From Akkermansia muciniphila (GTDB lineage: Bacteria; Verrucomicrobiota; Verrucomicrobiia; Limisphaerales; UBA11320): DNA of 64,000 nucleotides. The translations under genes and the position numbers were made by a program. Shown one piece after another: positions 26,750-37,100 of this stretch. The DNA is taken from NCBI GenBank assembly GCA_945861575.1, contig CAMAVD010000002.1, positions 6,667 to 70,666 of the forward strand. The letters run 5' to 3'. The number at the start of each line of letters is the position of its first letter. Positions within the stretch are counted from its first letter, which is position 1. Under the pieces are notes generated by a model. It saw only the letters and a program-made list of their open reading frames with translations, was not told the origin of the DNA and ran no database searches.

Positions 26750-28209
26750 TTTTCCATTCCATACGCTGGCGGTTGCAACTGTGGTATGGTGTGCTGCTTT
26801 GCATCGTGTTGGCGGGCTTTGGCGTCACCGCTCATCAGCTGCAGCGCCGAGGGGAGATGCGTCGGGTCGATCAAGAGTTGCAGCTCCGGATTGTCCCCTT
26901 GCTGGAAAGTATACGCCGTCCCCCGCCAGGAGAACGTGGAGGTCCTCCAGGCGGACCGGGGGGACCTTTAGAGGGCCGTGGCCGAAGAGGCCCACCCCCT
27001 CGGGAAGGTGGGGACGGACTACCTCCAATGCCTCGGGATTTTCGCCTCAACCCAAATCGCGCTCAACTCTTCGCAGGCGAAACGAATGCGTTTTACTACA
27101 TCGTCTGGACACGCGAGGAACGGGAGCTGTCCCGCTCCTCCTCCGCACCGATGAGCGTCCCTCTCCCTGGCCGGATCAAAGGCGGTCTGATGATGGCGTC
27201 GGCACGCACACGGGCAGGTCTCCGTGAGTTCTACCAGTTCACACCTCCCGGAGAATGCATCCTGGTCGGACGCTCCATCGAGCCCGAGATGGCCACTCTC
27301 CAGCAGTTCGCCTACGGACTGAGTGGTCTAGGTGCGGGAGTGCTCATCCTCGGTCTCGCGGGAGGATGGTGGGTTGCCACACGAGCAATCCAACCTATTC
27401 ACGACATCAGCGCCGGAGCCACACGTATCGCGGCCGGGGACCTCTCCCATCGAATCAACACCCAAGAAACGGACAATGAGCTCGGGCAGCTTGCCAAAGT
27501 GCTAAACTCAACCTTTGACCGCCTCCAGTCTGCTTTCGACCGCCAGAGAGCATTTACGGCTGACGCCTCTCACGAGCTTCGAACTCCAGTAGCCGTCATC
27601 CTAGCGCAGACGCAGGCCACGCTTGCGCGTGATCGCAACCCTGAGGAATACCGCCAAACCCTCGAGGCCTGCCAGCGCGCAGCCCTTCGCATGAGATCGC
27701 TCACCGAGTCCTTGCTAGCCCTGGCTCGCCTCGACGCCGGCCATGAGACCCTCCACCGCGAGTCTATCGACCTGGCCCGGATCGCTGAGCAAACGGTAGA
27801 CCTGCTGCGCCCGATGGCGGAGAGCCGCAGTGTAACAGTTCACTGCGATCTGATGCCGACTGGATGCAAGGGCGATGCCGAGCGGATAGCGCAAGTCGTT
27901 ACAAATCTCTTATCCAACGCAGTCGCGCACAACCAGCAGGGAGGAGAGGTCTTCCTGAGCACCTGCATGGAGAACGGAGCAGCGATCCTCAGCGTTCGGG
28001 ACACCGGTCCGGGCATTCCCTCAGCCGAAATGCCTAAGCTCTTTGAACGATTCTATCGGGGCGACGCATCTCGAACTACCTCGACTGGGGGGACGGGACT
28101 AGGCCTGGCCATCTCCAAAGCCATCACGGATGCCCATGGAGGCTCCCTGTCCGCAAGCAGCACCGAAGGGGAAGGCACAACCTTTACCTTGCGGCTTCCC
28201 CACACTTGA
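26746..28209 (+). CDS. Sensor histidine kinase (HAMP-HisKA-HATPase) with Pro/Gly-rich periplasmic segment
   Basis: ATG overlaps the regulator stop (ATGA). Two TM helices, H-box FTADASHELRTP, N/G boxes (LLSNAVAHN, DTGPGI, GTGLGLAI). Periplasmic RRPPPGERGGPPGGPGGPLEGRGRRGPPPREGG. Confidence 0.9.
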   Translation: MIFHSIRWRLQLWYGVLLCIVLAGFGVTAHQLQRRGEMRRVDQELQLRIVPLLESIRRPPPGERGGPPGGPGGPLEGRGRRGPPPREGGDGLPPMPRDFRLNPNRAQLFAGETNAFYYIVWTREERELSRSSSAPMSVPLPGRIKGGLMMASARTRAGLREFYQFTPPGECILVGRSIEPEMATLQQFAYGLSGLGAGVLILGLAGGWWVATRAIQPIHDISAGATRIAAGDLSHRINTQETDNELGQLAKVLNSTFDRLQSAFDRQRAFTADASHELRTPVAVILAQTQATLARDRNPEEYRQTLEACQRAALRMRSLTESLLALARLDAGHETLHRESIDLARIAEQTVDLLRPMAESRSVTVHCDLMPTGCKGDAERIAQVVTNLLSNAVAHNQQGGEVFLSTCMENGAAILSVRDTGPGIPSAEMPKLFERFYRGDASRTTSTGGTGLGLAISKAITDAHGGSLSASSTEGEGTTFTLRLPHT

Positions 28210-28383
28210 GCCGGGATTACTTCGCGGAGGCTGTGGCTATGCCCCCCATGAGGGGCACCGATGATGTTCAGTTCTGCTTGTAGCAACCGATTAAGATCTG
28301 TGACGCTTGCTGGCGGCTAGCGTCGGCCATGCGGCTAGTAGCTTGTCCCTGAGCCTCCTGCGCTGAAAGACCGCTCGTTCCAT

Positions 28384-28926
28384 ATGCAATTTGCCAGCAA
28401 CAAACTGATACGAGGGATCACCTCACTATTGGACTTCGGCACGTGGTTCCACGCGTTTCGAATACTCCATTACTACGGCTACAGCCATGTCCGCGAGAAG
28501 CGCAAGATGACCATCGGCGCGGGGAGCCACATGGCACCCAATACCTCCATCAGCAATGGCGAGCGGATTGTCATTGGCGAGAAGTGCCATATCGGTGAGC
28601 GGTGCTATCTTTGGGCTGGCGACTCGAAAGGTCGTATCGTTATCGGAAATCTGGTTTCGCTAGCTCCCGAGGTTTTCATCACAGCGTCTGACTACGGATT
28701 TGTGAAAGGACGCTCGTTCCGTGAGCAACCGCGCCGGGAGCGGGATGTCGTGATCGGCAACGATGTCTGGCTGGGTGCCCGAGTCGTGGTCACCGCGGGC
28801 GTCACCATCGGAGACGGGTGCATTGTTGGCGCAGGGGCAGTGGTTACCAAGGATCTCCCGGCAAACTGCATCGCAGCAGGTGTTCCAGCGCGTGTCATCG
28901 CGCAACGACCGGAGGCAGAAGCCTGA
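28384..28926 (+). CDS. Hexapeptide-repeat (LbH) acetyltransferase
   Basis: 180 aa. Repeated [LIV]G motifs (VIGNDVWLGARVVVTAGVTIGDGCIVGAGAVV) typical of WcaF/Vat-type O-acetyltransferases. Confidence 0.8.
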   Translation: MQFASNKLIRGITSLLDFGTWFHAFRILHYYGYSHVREKRKMTIGAGSHMAPNTSISNGERIVIGEKCHIGERCYLWAGDSKGRIVIGNLVSLAPEVFITASDYGFVKGRSFREQPRRERDVVIGNDVWLGARVVVTAGVTIGDGCIVGAGAVVTKDLPANCIAAGVPARVIAQRPEAEA

Positions 28927-28962
28927 GCTCCCACATCATCAAGAACGCAACTTAAGACTTTC

Positions 28963-29865
28963 ATGATCAGCGTTGTTATTCCGAATTACAACCGCCGGGA
29001 CTGCGTTTTGGCTCTACTGAAGGACGTCTACCTCCAGGAAGGAGTCGAATTCGAAGTCATTGTTGTGGATGACTGCTCGCCCGATAACAGCGTCGAGGCC
29101 TTGCGCAAAGCGTTCCCGCAAGCGACTGTATTGGTGAACGAGAAGAACAGCGGCCCCGCCGTTTCACGAAACAGAGGAGTGAAGGCAGCTCGCGGTCAGA
29201 TCATCGTAGGACTCGACAACGACGTGACCGTTCCTGATCGTCACTTACTCGCCAAACTCGCCAAGAAGTTCGAAGAGAATCCGAACATGACGGGGGCCGC
29301 CTCTAGAATCTTCCAACCCGATGGCCAGACGCTAGACGCGCCCCGCTGGTGGCACCCCCAGCCCATCAAGGACTATGCAACACGTGAGTTCCAAACTTCC
29401 TATTTCAGTGGAACCGCCTATGCCTTTCGCCGTGCCGAGATGCTGGCAGCAGGCCTGTTTCCTGAGATCCTCTACATGCACTACGAGGAGGTCGAGTTGG
29501 CTTTTCGAATCCTCGACAACCAGGGAGAGATCCTCTACCTGCCAGACTTTCAGGTCGTGCATCATGCCAACAAAGTTTCTCGCCGCAGCGAGATTCAGAT
29601 CTTCTACAAGCCGAGGAACCAGATTCTCATCACACTTCGCTGCTACCCAATCCTGCGCGGCCTGGCTTACATTCTGCCTCGCTTCGCCTTCGGCGGAACA
29701 AGAGCGGCCGTCCGGGGCCATTTCAAAGACTTTTGCCGCGCCTTGCGGTCCGCCAGGGCACTCGCCCCCCTCTGCCTACAGCAGCGAAAAGCGCTCGCGA
29801 AGGAAACGTGGCGACGGATCGATCTCATCAAAAAGGGGATCCACCCTTTGCCCTTAAAGCGCTGA
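28963..29865 (+). CDS. Family 2 glycosyltransferase
   Basis: MISVVIPNYNRRD, VVDDCSPDNS, GPAVSRNRG and LDNDV (DxD) motifs. Confidence 0.85.
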   Translation: MISVVIPNYNRRDCVLALLKDVYLQEGVEFEVIVVDDCSPDNSVEALRKAFPQATVLVNEKNSGPAVSRNRGVKAARGQIIVGLDNDVTVPDRHLLAKLAKKFEENPNMTGAASRIFQPDGQTLDAPRWWHPQPIKDYATREFQTSYFSGTAYAFRRAEMLAAGLFPEILYMHYEEVELAFRILDNQGEILYLPDFQVVHHANKVSRRSEIQIFYKPRNQILITLRCYPILRGLAYILPRFAFGGTRAAVRGHFKDFCRALRSARALAPLCLQQRKALAKETWRRIDLIKKGIHPLPLKR

Positions 29866-29954
29866 GCAAACCGTCCGACGTGGGTTGTCCTTTTAACGGG
29901 AGGCCGAACAATGTCTGGATCTCAGAGCGCTTCGAGTCTAGTTTTAGCCTGATT

Positions 29955-30363
29955 TTGGAAGGGCGGAGAATCGCTCTGGGCGCAAGCCCGGGGAGGAAAG
30001 TCCGAACTTCACAGGGCGCGATGCCACGTAACTCCGGTCGACAGGCCGGAGATACACGTGGGAGTCCGGCGTAATACCGGGCGACGGAGAGTGCCACAGA
30101 AAACAAACCGCCTGCCTGCGGGAAACCGAAGGTGGGTAAGGGTGAAAAGGCGGGGTAAGAGCCCACCGCCCGTCATGTAAGTGGCGGGGCACGGAAAACC
30201 CCATCGGAAGCAAGGCCAAATAGGGGACCTCGAAGCGGCCCGCTTCATTCCTGGCTGCAAAGTCAGGTGGGTCCCGGGTATCGGCTGCTGAGACAAATGA
30301 TTCTCTCCCTCCAGGCGCTTCGGCGCAGGGAGGAAGACAGAACTCGGCTTACAGCCCTTCCAA
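29955..30363 (+). ncRNA. rnpB: RNase P RNA, bacterial type A
   Basis: P1 pairing TTGGAAGGGC / GCCCTTCCAA. Universal blocks GGAGGAAAGTCCG, AGTGCCACAGAAAA, GGTAAGGGTGAAA, GGTAAGAGCCCACC, AGGCCAAATAGGGG and ACAGAACTCGGCTTACAG appear in the correct order. Confidence 0.95.
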
Positions 30364-30401
30364 AATCATTCTTTCTGGCAGCCTGTCGAACGCGCCCCGG
30401 T

Positions 30402-31505
30402 TCATGAAATCTCCACGACGCGCTTACCCAGCACCTCCATCCTCGGCTGAATACCTAGGCCCGGCAACTTGGAGGCCGCCATGCGACCGTCCACTCTTTG
30501 TGGAGCGCCATCCGCCGTGCTCACTGTGACATAGCTGTTGAAGACGGTGGTGCTAAACAAGAACTCAGGCGGCGTGCTCTGAGCAAGATGGGCGATGGCA
30601 GCGGTGGCGATATCGCCACCCCAGAAGTCCTCCAGGGTCATTCCGATTCCCATACTGACGCACAGGTCGCGGGCCTGCTTGATCTTTGTAAGACCGCCCA
30701 ACTTACTGATCTTCAGATTCACCACGTCCATCGCAAGATCCGCCTTGGCCCGCAGGAGGATGCCCAGGTCATCGATGTTCTCATCCAGCACAAACGGATG
30801 CGGGATCTGTCGACGCACGGCCAAGCACTCTTCGTAGGTCAGACACGGTTGCTCGATGTAGACATCGATATCCCGCACAGCTTTGGCAATACGGACGGCT
30901 TCGTGCTGCACCCAACCCGTGTTTGCATCCGCCACAAGACGATCGCCAGGCTGAAGCCTCTCAGCGACCGCAAAAATCCGCGCAATGTCGGTATCGGGGT
31001 CCCCGCCTACCTTCAGCTGAAACCGCCGATATCCCTGGGCGCGATACACTGCGACCTTGGCCGCCATCTCCTCTGGAGACTCTTGAGAGATGGCTCGATA
31101 GAGCGCCACATCCTCACCATAACGCCCGCCAAGCAACTCACACACCGGCAATCCGGCGACCTGACCCAAAATATCCCAGCAGGCGATATCGATCCCGCTT
31201 TTCACATACGGATGCCCCCTGAGCGCTGCATCCATGACTCGATTCAGCTTAACCAATTGCCGCGGATCCTAGCCTAGCAAAAGAGGGCCAAGCTCACGCA
31301 GGCCCGCGCGAACTCCCTCCGCATATGCGGGTAAATAGAAAGGCCCCAGCGGACACACCTCACCGTAGCCGATCAAGACCGTGTCCGTCTCGACGCCAAC
31401 AATCGTGCTATCGAATACAGTCACCGACTTGCCCCCGCTCCACTTATAAGTCGTCTCGTGAAGCGGGAGTTCCACACGATAGGCAAAGATACGCGCAATT
31501 TTCAT
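30402..31505 (-). pseudogene. Enolase-superfamily (mandelate racemase/muconate lactonizing enzyme) gene interrupted by in-frame TAG
   Basis: The two track ORFs (31505->31269 and 31256->30402) are one frame: ...[12 protein letters not shown](31269-31271)[18 protein letters not shown]... Capping domain plus barrel motifs [24 protein letters not shown] and NLKISKLGG. Confidence 0.8.
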
Positions 31506-31792
31506 AGCAAAGGGATCAAGTTGTCAAAAAGGGCCCCCATGGACCACAAGCGACCAAACCAATACCGCAACCGGTCAAAAGACTGGAACACCATAAACCG
31601 TTGCACCACCAAATGGCGGTTTTGGTTTTTGTACTACGCGACTCAATTCATATAGAACGAAGGGAAAGGACAAAACAACTTTGAAAACAGGGAGCCAATG
31701 CATGCACTCAGAAAAGTCCGAAACTGTCGAACCGGGAGGAAGGGTCTCATAAACGGAACACCGTTACTCGGCGGAGGCTGGTTTCGTCGCAA

Positions 31793-32029
31793 TCACCGCG
31801 AGCCAGTCCTCGGCGAAGGGCGCGGTGAGTGTTCCCCTGCTGCCACCCGCGAGCCTTGTGCTTTCGGAACCTGGTAGAGCAATTCAGCGTCGAAGCCCTC
31901 GCGTATCGTGATGCCTGTGTCCGCATCCAGGACCAGTCGGGCGGCGCCGGGTGCGCCGCTCACGCGCGACAAGGCCGATGCGAGGCAGCAGAGGACGAGA
32001 GCCTTGCCGGTCCGCTGGGCGAACCGCAC
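31793..32029 (-). pseudogene. N-terminal stub of a PVC-type membrane-bound-dehydrogenase-domain protein
   Basis: Signal peptide plus ITIREGFDAELLYQVPKAQGS resembles the start of such proteins. The frame then degenerates and stops after 78 codons. Confidence 0.3.
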
Positions 32030-32033
32030 TCCT

Positions 32034-33218
32034 TCATTTCAGCGGATTCTGGTACCAGACCACGTTGCCGGAGCCACGGCCCGCATTGAGCAGATCCGCA
32101 TCGCCATCGCCATCCATGTCCACGCTTCGCAGATCGTAGCTCTCCTGGTTGTCGTCCAGGGTATGGATCTTGAACTTTCCCCTTCCATCGTTTTCATACC
32201 AGCGCAGCCACTTGCTCTCGTAGCCGCAGGCGGCGGCATCCATGTCACCGTCACCATCGTGATCAAACACCGTCAGGCTGTGAGGTTGCCGGATCTCGAC
32301 GTCAATCTCGTGAATTTTCCATCCCGGGTTTTCAAACCAGAGCACACCCTTGCTATGCCCGCGGGTGGCCAACCAATCGATCTTTCCATCGCCATTTACA
32401 TCACAGGGAAGAATGTTGGTCGCGGCCTCCTGGTTTTCGGCGAGGAGGATCTTTTTCCATGCTCCCTTGACTCGGTCTTTTCCGGGGTTCTTCCAAAAGG
32501 CGAACCAATTGCCGTCCGCAAAGGGCTTGCCCTTGGCGCCCACCGCGATTTCCTTCCAGCCATCGCCATCGATGTCCCCGGCTCCCATGTAGTGACTGCC
32601 CCCGCGAGCGTCCTTGTCGGCAAAGACATGGCGATCCCAACGCTCCGCTGTCAGCACATTTTTCGGAATGCTAAACCACGCCATTGAATCTCCCAGCCCT
32701 TTGTCAGGCTCGAAATTGTTGATGATCAAATCATCCCGACCATCGTTGTCGATGTCTGCGCGGAGGATGCAGTGAATGCCGGTGATCTCAGGGTCGATGA
32801 CCCGCGAGCGCCAAAAGCCTTTGTCGAAGCGCCCGGGACCGGGATTTTCGAGCCAGAAGGGATGGGCATGGGAAAGTGTGCCCACCCAATCCATGTCCCC
32901 ATCGCCATCCGCATCGATCACCTCACTGTGAATAGCGCTGTTGACTGCATCCAGGCCGAGAAAACGATGGATGACGATTTCACGCCAGCCCGGCGCGACG
33001 AACAGGCTGACCCGGCCATTGAAACTGGCTACTACATCCAGCGCCTTATCTCCATTCACATCCAGCGCCACGGAGGTGTAGCAGTGGCCCTGCTCCATGA
33101 CCAGGTGCTTTTTCCAGGCCGCCTTTTTCTCTTGTGCGGAGGCCATCAAGCCGAGGCTGGACAAGACCGTCAAGCCAGTGCCGAGAAACCGGAAGGTGCG
33201 CGGAAATAACTGAGTCAT
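32034..33218 (-). CDS. FG-GAP/VCBS repeat (integrin-alpha-like propeller) secreted protein
   Basis: Start MTQLFPRTFRFLGTGLTVLSSLGLMASA. Repeated Ca-binding loops DVNGDKALD, DADGDGDMD, DIDNDGRDD, DIDGDGWKE, DVNGDGKID, DHDGDGDMD and DMDGDGDAD. Confidence 0.8.
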   Translation of the reverse strand: MTQLFPRTFRFLGTGLTVLSSLGLMASAQEKKAAWKKHLVMEQGHCYTSVALDVNGDKALDVVASFNGRVSLFVAPGWREIVIHRFLGLDAVNSAIHSEVIDADGDGDMDWVGTLSHAHPFWLENPGPGRFDKGFWRSRVIDPEITGIHCILRADIDNDGRDDLIINNFEPDKGLGDSMAWFSIPKNVLTAERWDRHVFADKDARGGSHYMGAGDIDGDGWKEIAVGAKGKPFADGNWFAFWKNPGKDRVKGAWKKILLAENQEAATNILPCDVNGDGKIDWLATRGHSKGVLWFENPGWKIHEIDVEIRQPHSLTVFDHDGDGDMDAAACGYESKWLRWYENDGRGKFKIHTLDDNQESYDLRSVDMDGDGDADLLNAGRGSGNVVWYQNPLK

Positions 33219-33523
33219 GCCTGAGGGTAGGATGTTTCCACGAGCGGAGAAAACCAAATACTTCGAACCCGCACGCTCACGTGGGCAGCCCAAAAAGCCA
33301 CGCGTTGAGGCCTGGGCTATATCCGAACGAGGCCCAAATCCGAGTTTTCCAAACGCTTTGCCTGGCCGCGATCACCCCGGAGGGAACATCCCGTAACGAG
33401 ATCGCCCAACATCAGCCTGCCTCGCTGCTCAGGTTTCGTATCGCTGGCAGGAGTTCAGGCGAGTCTATGCAGAGCGCTACCAGGAGCGTTATGGCTTATG
33501 GCGCGACACACTAGGCGCCAACG

Positions 33524-34048
33524 TCACGGCCCCTGGCGCGCGCGGTAGAAACGATACGGGTGGCTGGGCGCGGTGAAGTCCCAGAACTCATAGGGACTGG
33601 TCGTGTTCGTCCGCAGCGGCGTCCAGGAGGAGAAGTCGGTTGAGCCTTCGATGATGTAGCTGGGCACGGCGGTGGCCGTGACGGTCACCTTAAAGGGGCC
33701 GATGCTGCTCGCGTGGATCATGCTCAATTGGATACTACCCATGACATCGAAGTCGATTTGATCATTCCAGCGCGCGAAGTTGTAGGCTTGTTTGAGTCCG
33801 GAGAGCGTGAATGGCCCACCGAAGAAAACATCGTTGCCCAGCCAGGCGAAGTCGTAAGGCACGATCAATCCGCCACTCAACCCCGGAAGCACCGTCCAAT
33901 GCGAGCCGTCCCAGATGTCCACCTGGTTGTTCGTGGCGCCTCCGGGCGGGGTGAACAACCCGCCGGCGTAGAGGCGACCTTCATGATGGCGCAGTGTTGC
34001 GTCGGACGGTCTGACGGTCCGGGGGGTATCGGGCAGCATTGCCCCCAA
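33524..34048 (-). pseudogene. 3' remnant of a Kelch/propeller-like secreted protein retaining the C-terminal FYRA module
   Basis: 174 aa with no signal peptide. Begins mid-repeat (EGRLYAGGLFTPPGG..VDIWDGSHWTVLPG...FFGGPFT...FARWN) and ends ...STDFSSWTPL...HPYRFYRARQGP. It may still be expressed. Confidence 0.45.
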
Positions 34049-34123
34049 GGCATGGGAGGCACCGCATGGCCGGGCCGCTTCACCTGCCGCGAAGACGCCT
34101 TCGTAGCGTTCCTCGCATGTTTG

Positions 34124-37100
34124 TCACTTCAAGAAGCCCGGAAGCTCCGGTGCTTTCGCGTCAGGGGAGGCGTGGAGGATGATGGTGTGGTTCAGGCGGT
34201 AGATGTCGCCTTTTTTCACCTCGATGCGACTCAGCGTGCCCTGCTTCATCGCCTGGCGGCCAAAGGGATTCGAGACGAAGGCGCCGTAGTCGCGGTTGTG
34301 CCACCAGCTCGGCTGTGGGTTGGCGGGATCGGGGACGATCATCACGCCGACATGTTTGCCGTTGATGACACCGGAGTAGTCGCACCAAGCGGCGGGCTGG
34401 CCCCAAGTGTTCTTCGCGGTCTTGAGTCCCGCGCTGCTGGTGATGACGCCGCCGTTCTTCTCCGTGATGGCCGTCGCGACGCGGACGCCTAGGCCCATCT
34501 CTTCCTGGTCGCCGAAATAGAAACCGTCGCTCACCGGGGTGAAGGCGCTTTCCCACGTGATATGCCACGCGCCGCGCTTCTCCATCAGCGCGAACCGGCT
34601 CGTGAGGCTGGCGAGCTTTTCTCCATCGGCCCTGAGCAGGACCGATTCGGTCGTGAAGCGCAGCGCGCCGTTCTCGAGCCCCGGCGGCTGGCTGAAGCGC
34701 CCATGCACGATGCGCCCCTTGTTGCGCCAGAAGTCCGCCCCGCCGATCTCGCCAAACGCGAGCCAGATCCCAGGATGCATCGTGTCGTGGTCGGTGGCAT
34801 CGACGCCAGGGATGGGTGGATGATTGCGCGTCGTCTTCAAGCCGCCGGGCGCGTGGACGTTCGCGAAGTAGGGACGAAGAATCTTTTCGTCACGGAAGAC
34901 AAACTCGGCCAAGGGCTGGCTGGAATGGGCGATGACGAGCCGGTTCGCGCTTTCGGAAAAACGAAACCCGTCGCCCTTCGGCCACACGGGCGGTGTGACC
35001 AAGGATTCGAAGCGCCCAGCATCGCTCGGCTTGGTGGACGGGGCAGAAGAGTCTGTGCGAACGATGCTCGGTGCTCCGCTTTTCTGAGCGAGCAAATATG
35101 CGGCAAGGTCCGCGACGCATGGCGGCGTGAGCACCGTGTCGTAGGCGGGCATCGCAGAAGTTGCGGCAGTTTTCCGCGAGGTGATCTCTGACTTTGGAAT
35201 GACCTGCCGTTGTCCGGTCGCCAGGCCGAGCGTGAGACTGAGACCGCTTTCCTCGATCAGGATTCCGGAATACTCGACGTCGGCCGTCTCCACATTCTGC
35301 AGGTTGAAGCCCTCGGTGATGACGGCGTTCGGTTCCAGCATGGACTGCACGATGTGCCAGGCGGTGGCCCGGTCGCCCAGCGCGGCAAGGTCGGGACCGA
35401 AGCCGTTGCCATGTTCATCCAGTCGATTGCAATTGAAACACCCGACGCCGCCGCGAGCGTGGAAGAGCCATTCGCCCCGTGCGCGGTCGCCCTGGTTCAA
35501 GAGCGCCAGCGCCGGTTCGGTGGCGCTTGGTGTAGTTGGAGTCGAGAGCGGGAGAGGTTCAAGCACAACGAGGTAGTTGCCCTTCCCACCGTCTTGGCCG
35601 TCATCAGTGTTCCCACCGAGTTCGATGCGACCCGCCGGGAACTGGCGTGTGTAAAGGTGGAAAGTCCAATGGTCGGCTCGTATGGACTGCGTGGACTGCT
35701 GGAAGTGTTCGCGCAGCCACGACGGCACCGCCGCGGCGCGGGCGTCAAACGCGACATGAACGCGCACGGGCATCAACGCCTCGAACCCGAGCCAGCCATC
35801 GCCGCGCGATCCGTCGTCGTTGTTGGCAGTCTGGATGAAGTCCAGGCCCACGAGCGCGGCGGGCACTTGCTTCAGATCGTAATTGCGATCGGTGTAGGGC
35901 TTGGCCCCCGCGCGAAGCCCGGCGGGCGCGAGCGTGTAGCGGGCTCCAGAGCGGGCCTTGATGTTCCGCGCCAAACCGACTCGAACAATAGGGGGCGTAG
36001 TGTCCGATCCTAGGGCATCGAGTGGACGGCCGCGTACGACGGCGGCCTCGCCACCGCCGGATGCCTTGCGGATCCACAGTGCCGCGACTTCACGCACACC
36101 TGAATCACGGTCGCTGGCGAGTGGACGAACCTCCGTTTCCTGAAGGGAATGGGCTTCGAGCAGCGCAAGTAACGCCGCCTTCCGCACACCGTTGCGAGCA
36201 TCGGTCAGAAGCGGCTTGATCGCCTGCGCCCCCTGCAAGCCGCGCAAGGTCTGCCATGCGGCGTAGAACGTGGTCGCGTCACCCTCAGCCGCGAGCCACT
36301 CCAGCAGCGCCGGAAGGGCGGAGTGCTGCCGTGCCTGTCCGATCGCTTGCGCCGCCTCGAAGCGAAGTCGCGGCTCTGCGCTGTAGACCACGTTGACAGC
36401 AGAAGCAGGCAACTCACGTCCAACGCCCCATTGGCGAACTCGATGAGCGAGGATGCGCAACGACTGCACCCGCAGATTCAGCGTCCCGGCAGAGTCCGCC
36501 AACTTTGTCTCGAACCACTCGTCTATTATGCGATCCTGCGGCGTCATTCGGCCCAGGGTCCACGCGGTCCAGGTTTCGCGGGCCTCGTTCAGCCCGCGAG
36601 TTGCCAACGTCGTGAGGAGTTCGGTCTTTACGCTGGCGCCCCGCCGCACGAGTTCGTCCTGCGCATCACTGCGCCACACCGGCAGCGGACCGTCGAAGTC
36701 CTCCACCAGTTGGGCCACGGTCCATTGTGCGATCGGTTTGCTGCGCTTGAGCGTCTGCCACCGCGCTGGCGGCGATGATTTCGAAACGACGCGGAACACG
36801 CGGCCTTCGCTGGTCATCTGACCGTCCTTGTATTCCGCGCCGTAGCCGCTGCTCCAACCAAGAATCCACAGCGCGCCGTCGGGGCCGACCTCGAGATCCG
36901 TCGGACGAAAGAGCGACGGGCCGCCTTGCACGAAGGGTTCCCAGTCGCCGACGGACCGCAGCAATGCGCCGTCCCAGCGCGGGCGCCACACGAACGTGGT
37001 CTTGCGCAACCAGTCGTTGATGAAGAACACGCCGCGATGCAACGGGGGATCGAGATTGCGCCCGCCGTCATCGCAGCGGAGCACGCCGCCTTCGCGGCCC

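Noticed and set aside
28293-28310. Third copy of the TTAAGA..GTGA upstream element downstream of the kinase gene
   Set aside because: Only the TTAAGA-n4-GTGA part matches. The CTTCACG and GGCTAG blocks are missing, and no gene follows in the right orientation.
29733-30296. Five overlapping 90-113-aa ORFs
   Set aside because: They lie on the RNase P RNA, whose conserved blocks and P1 pairing explain the region.
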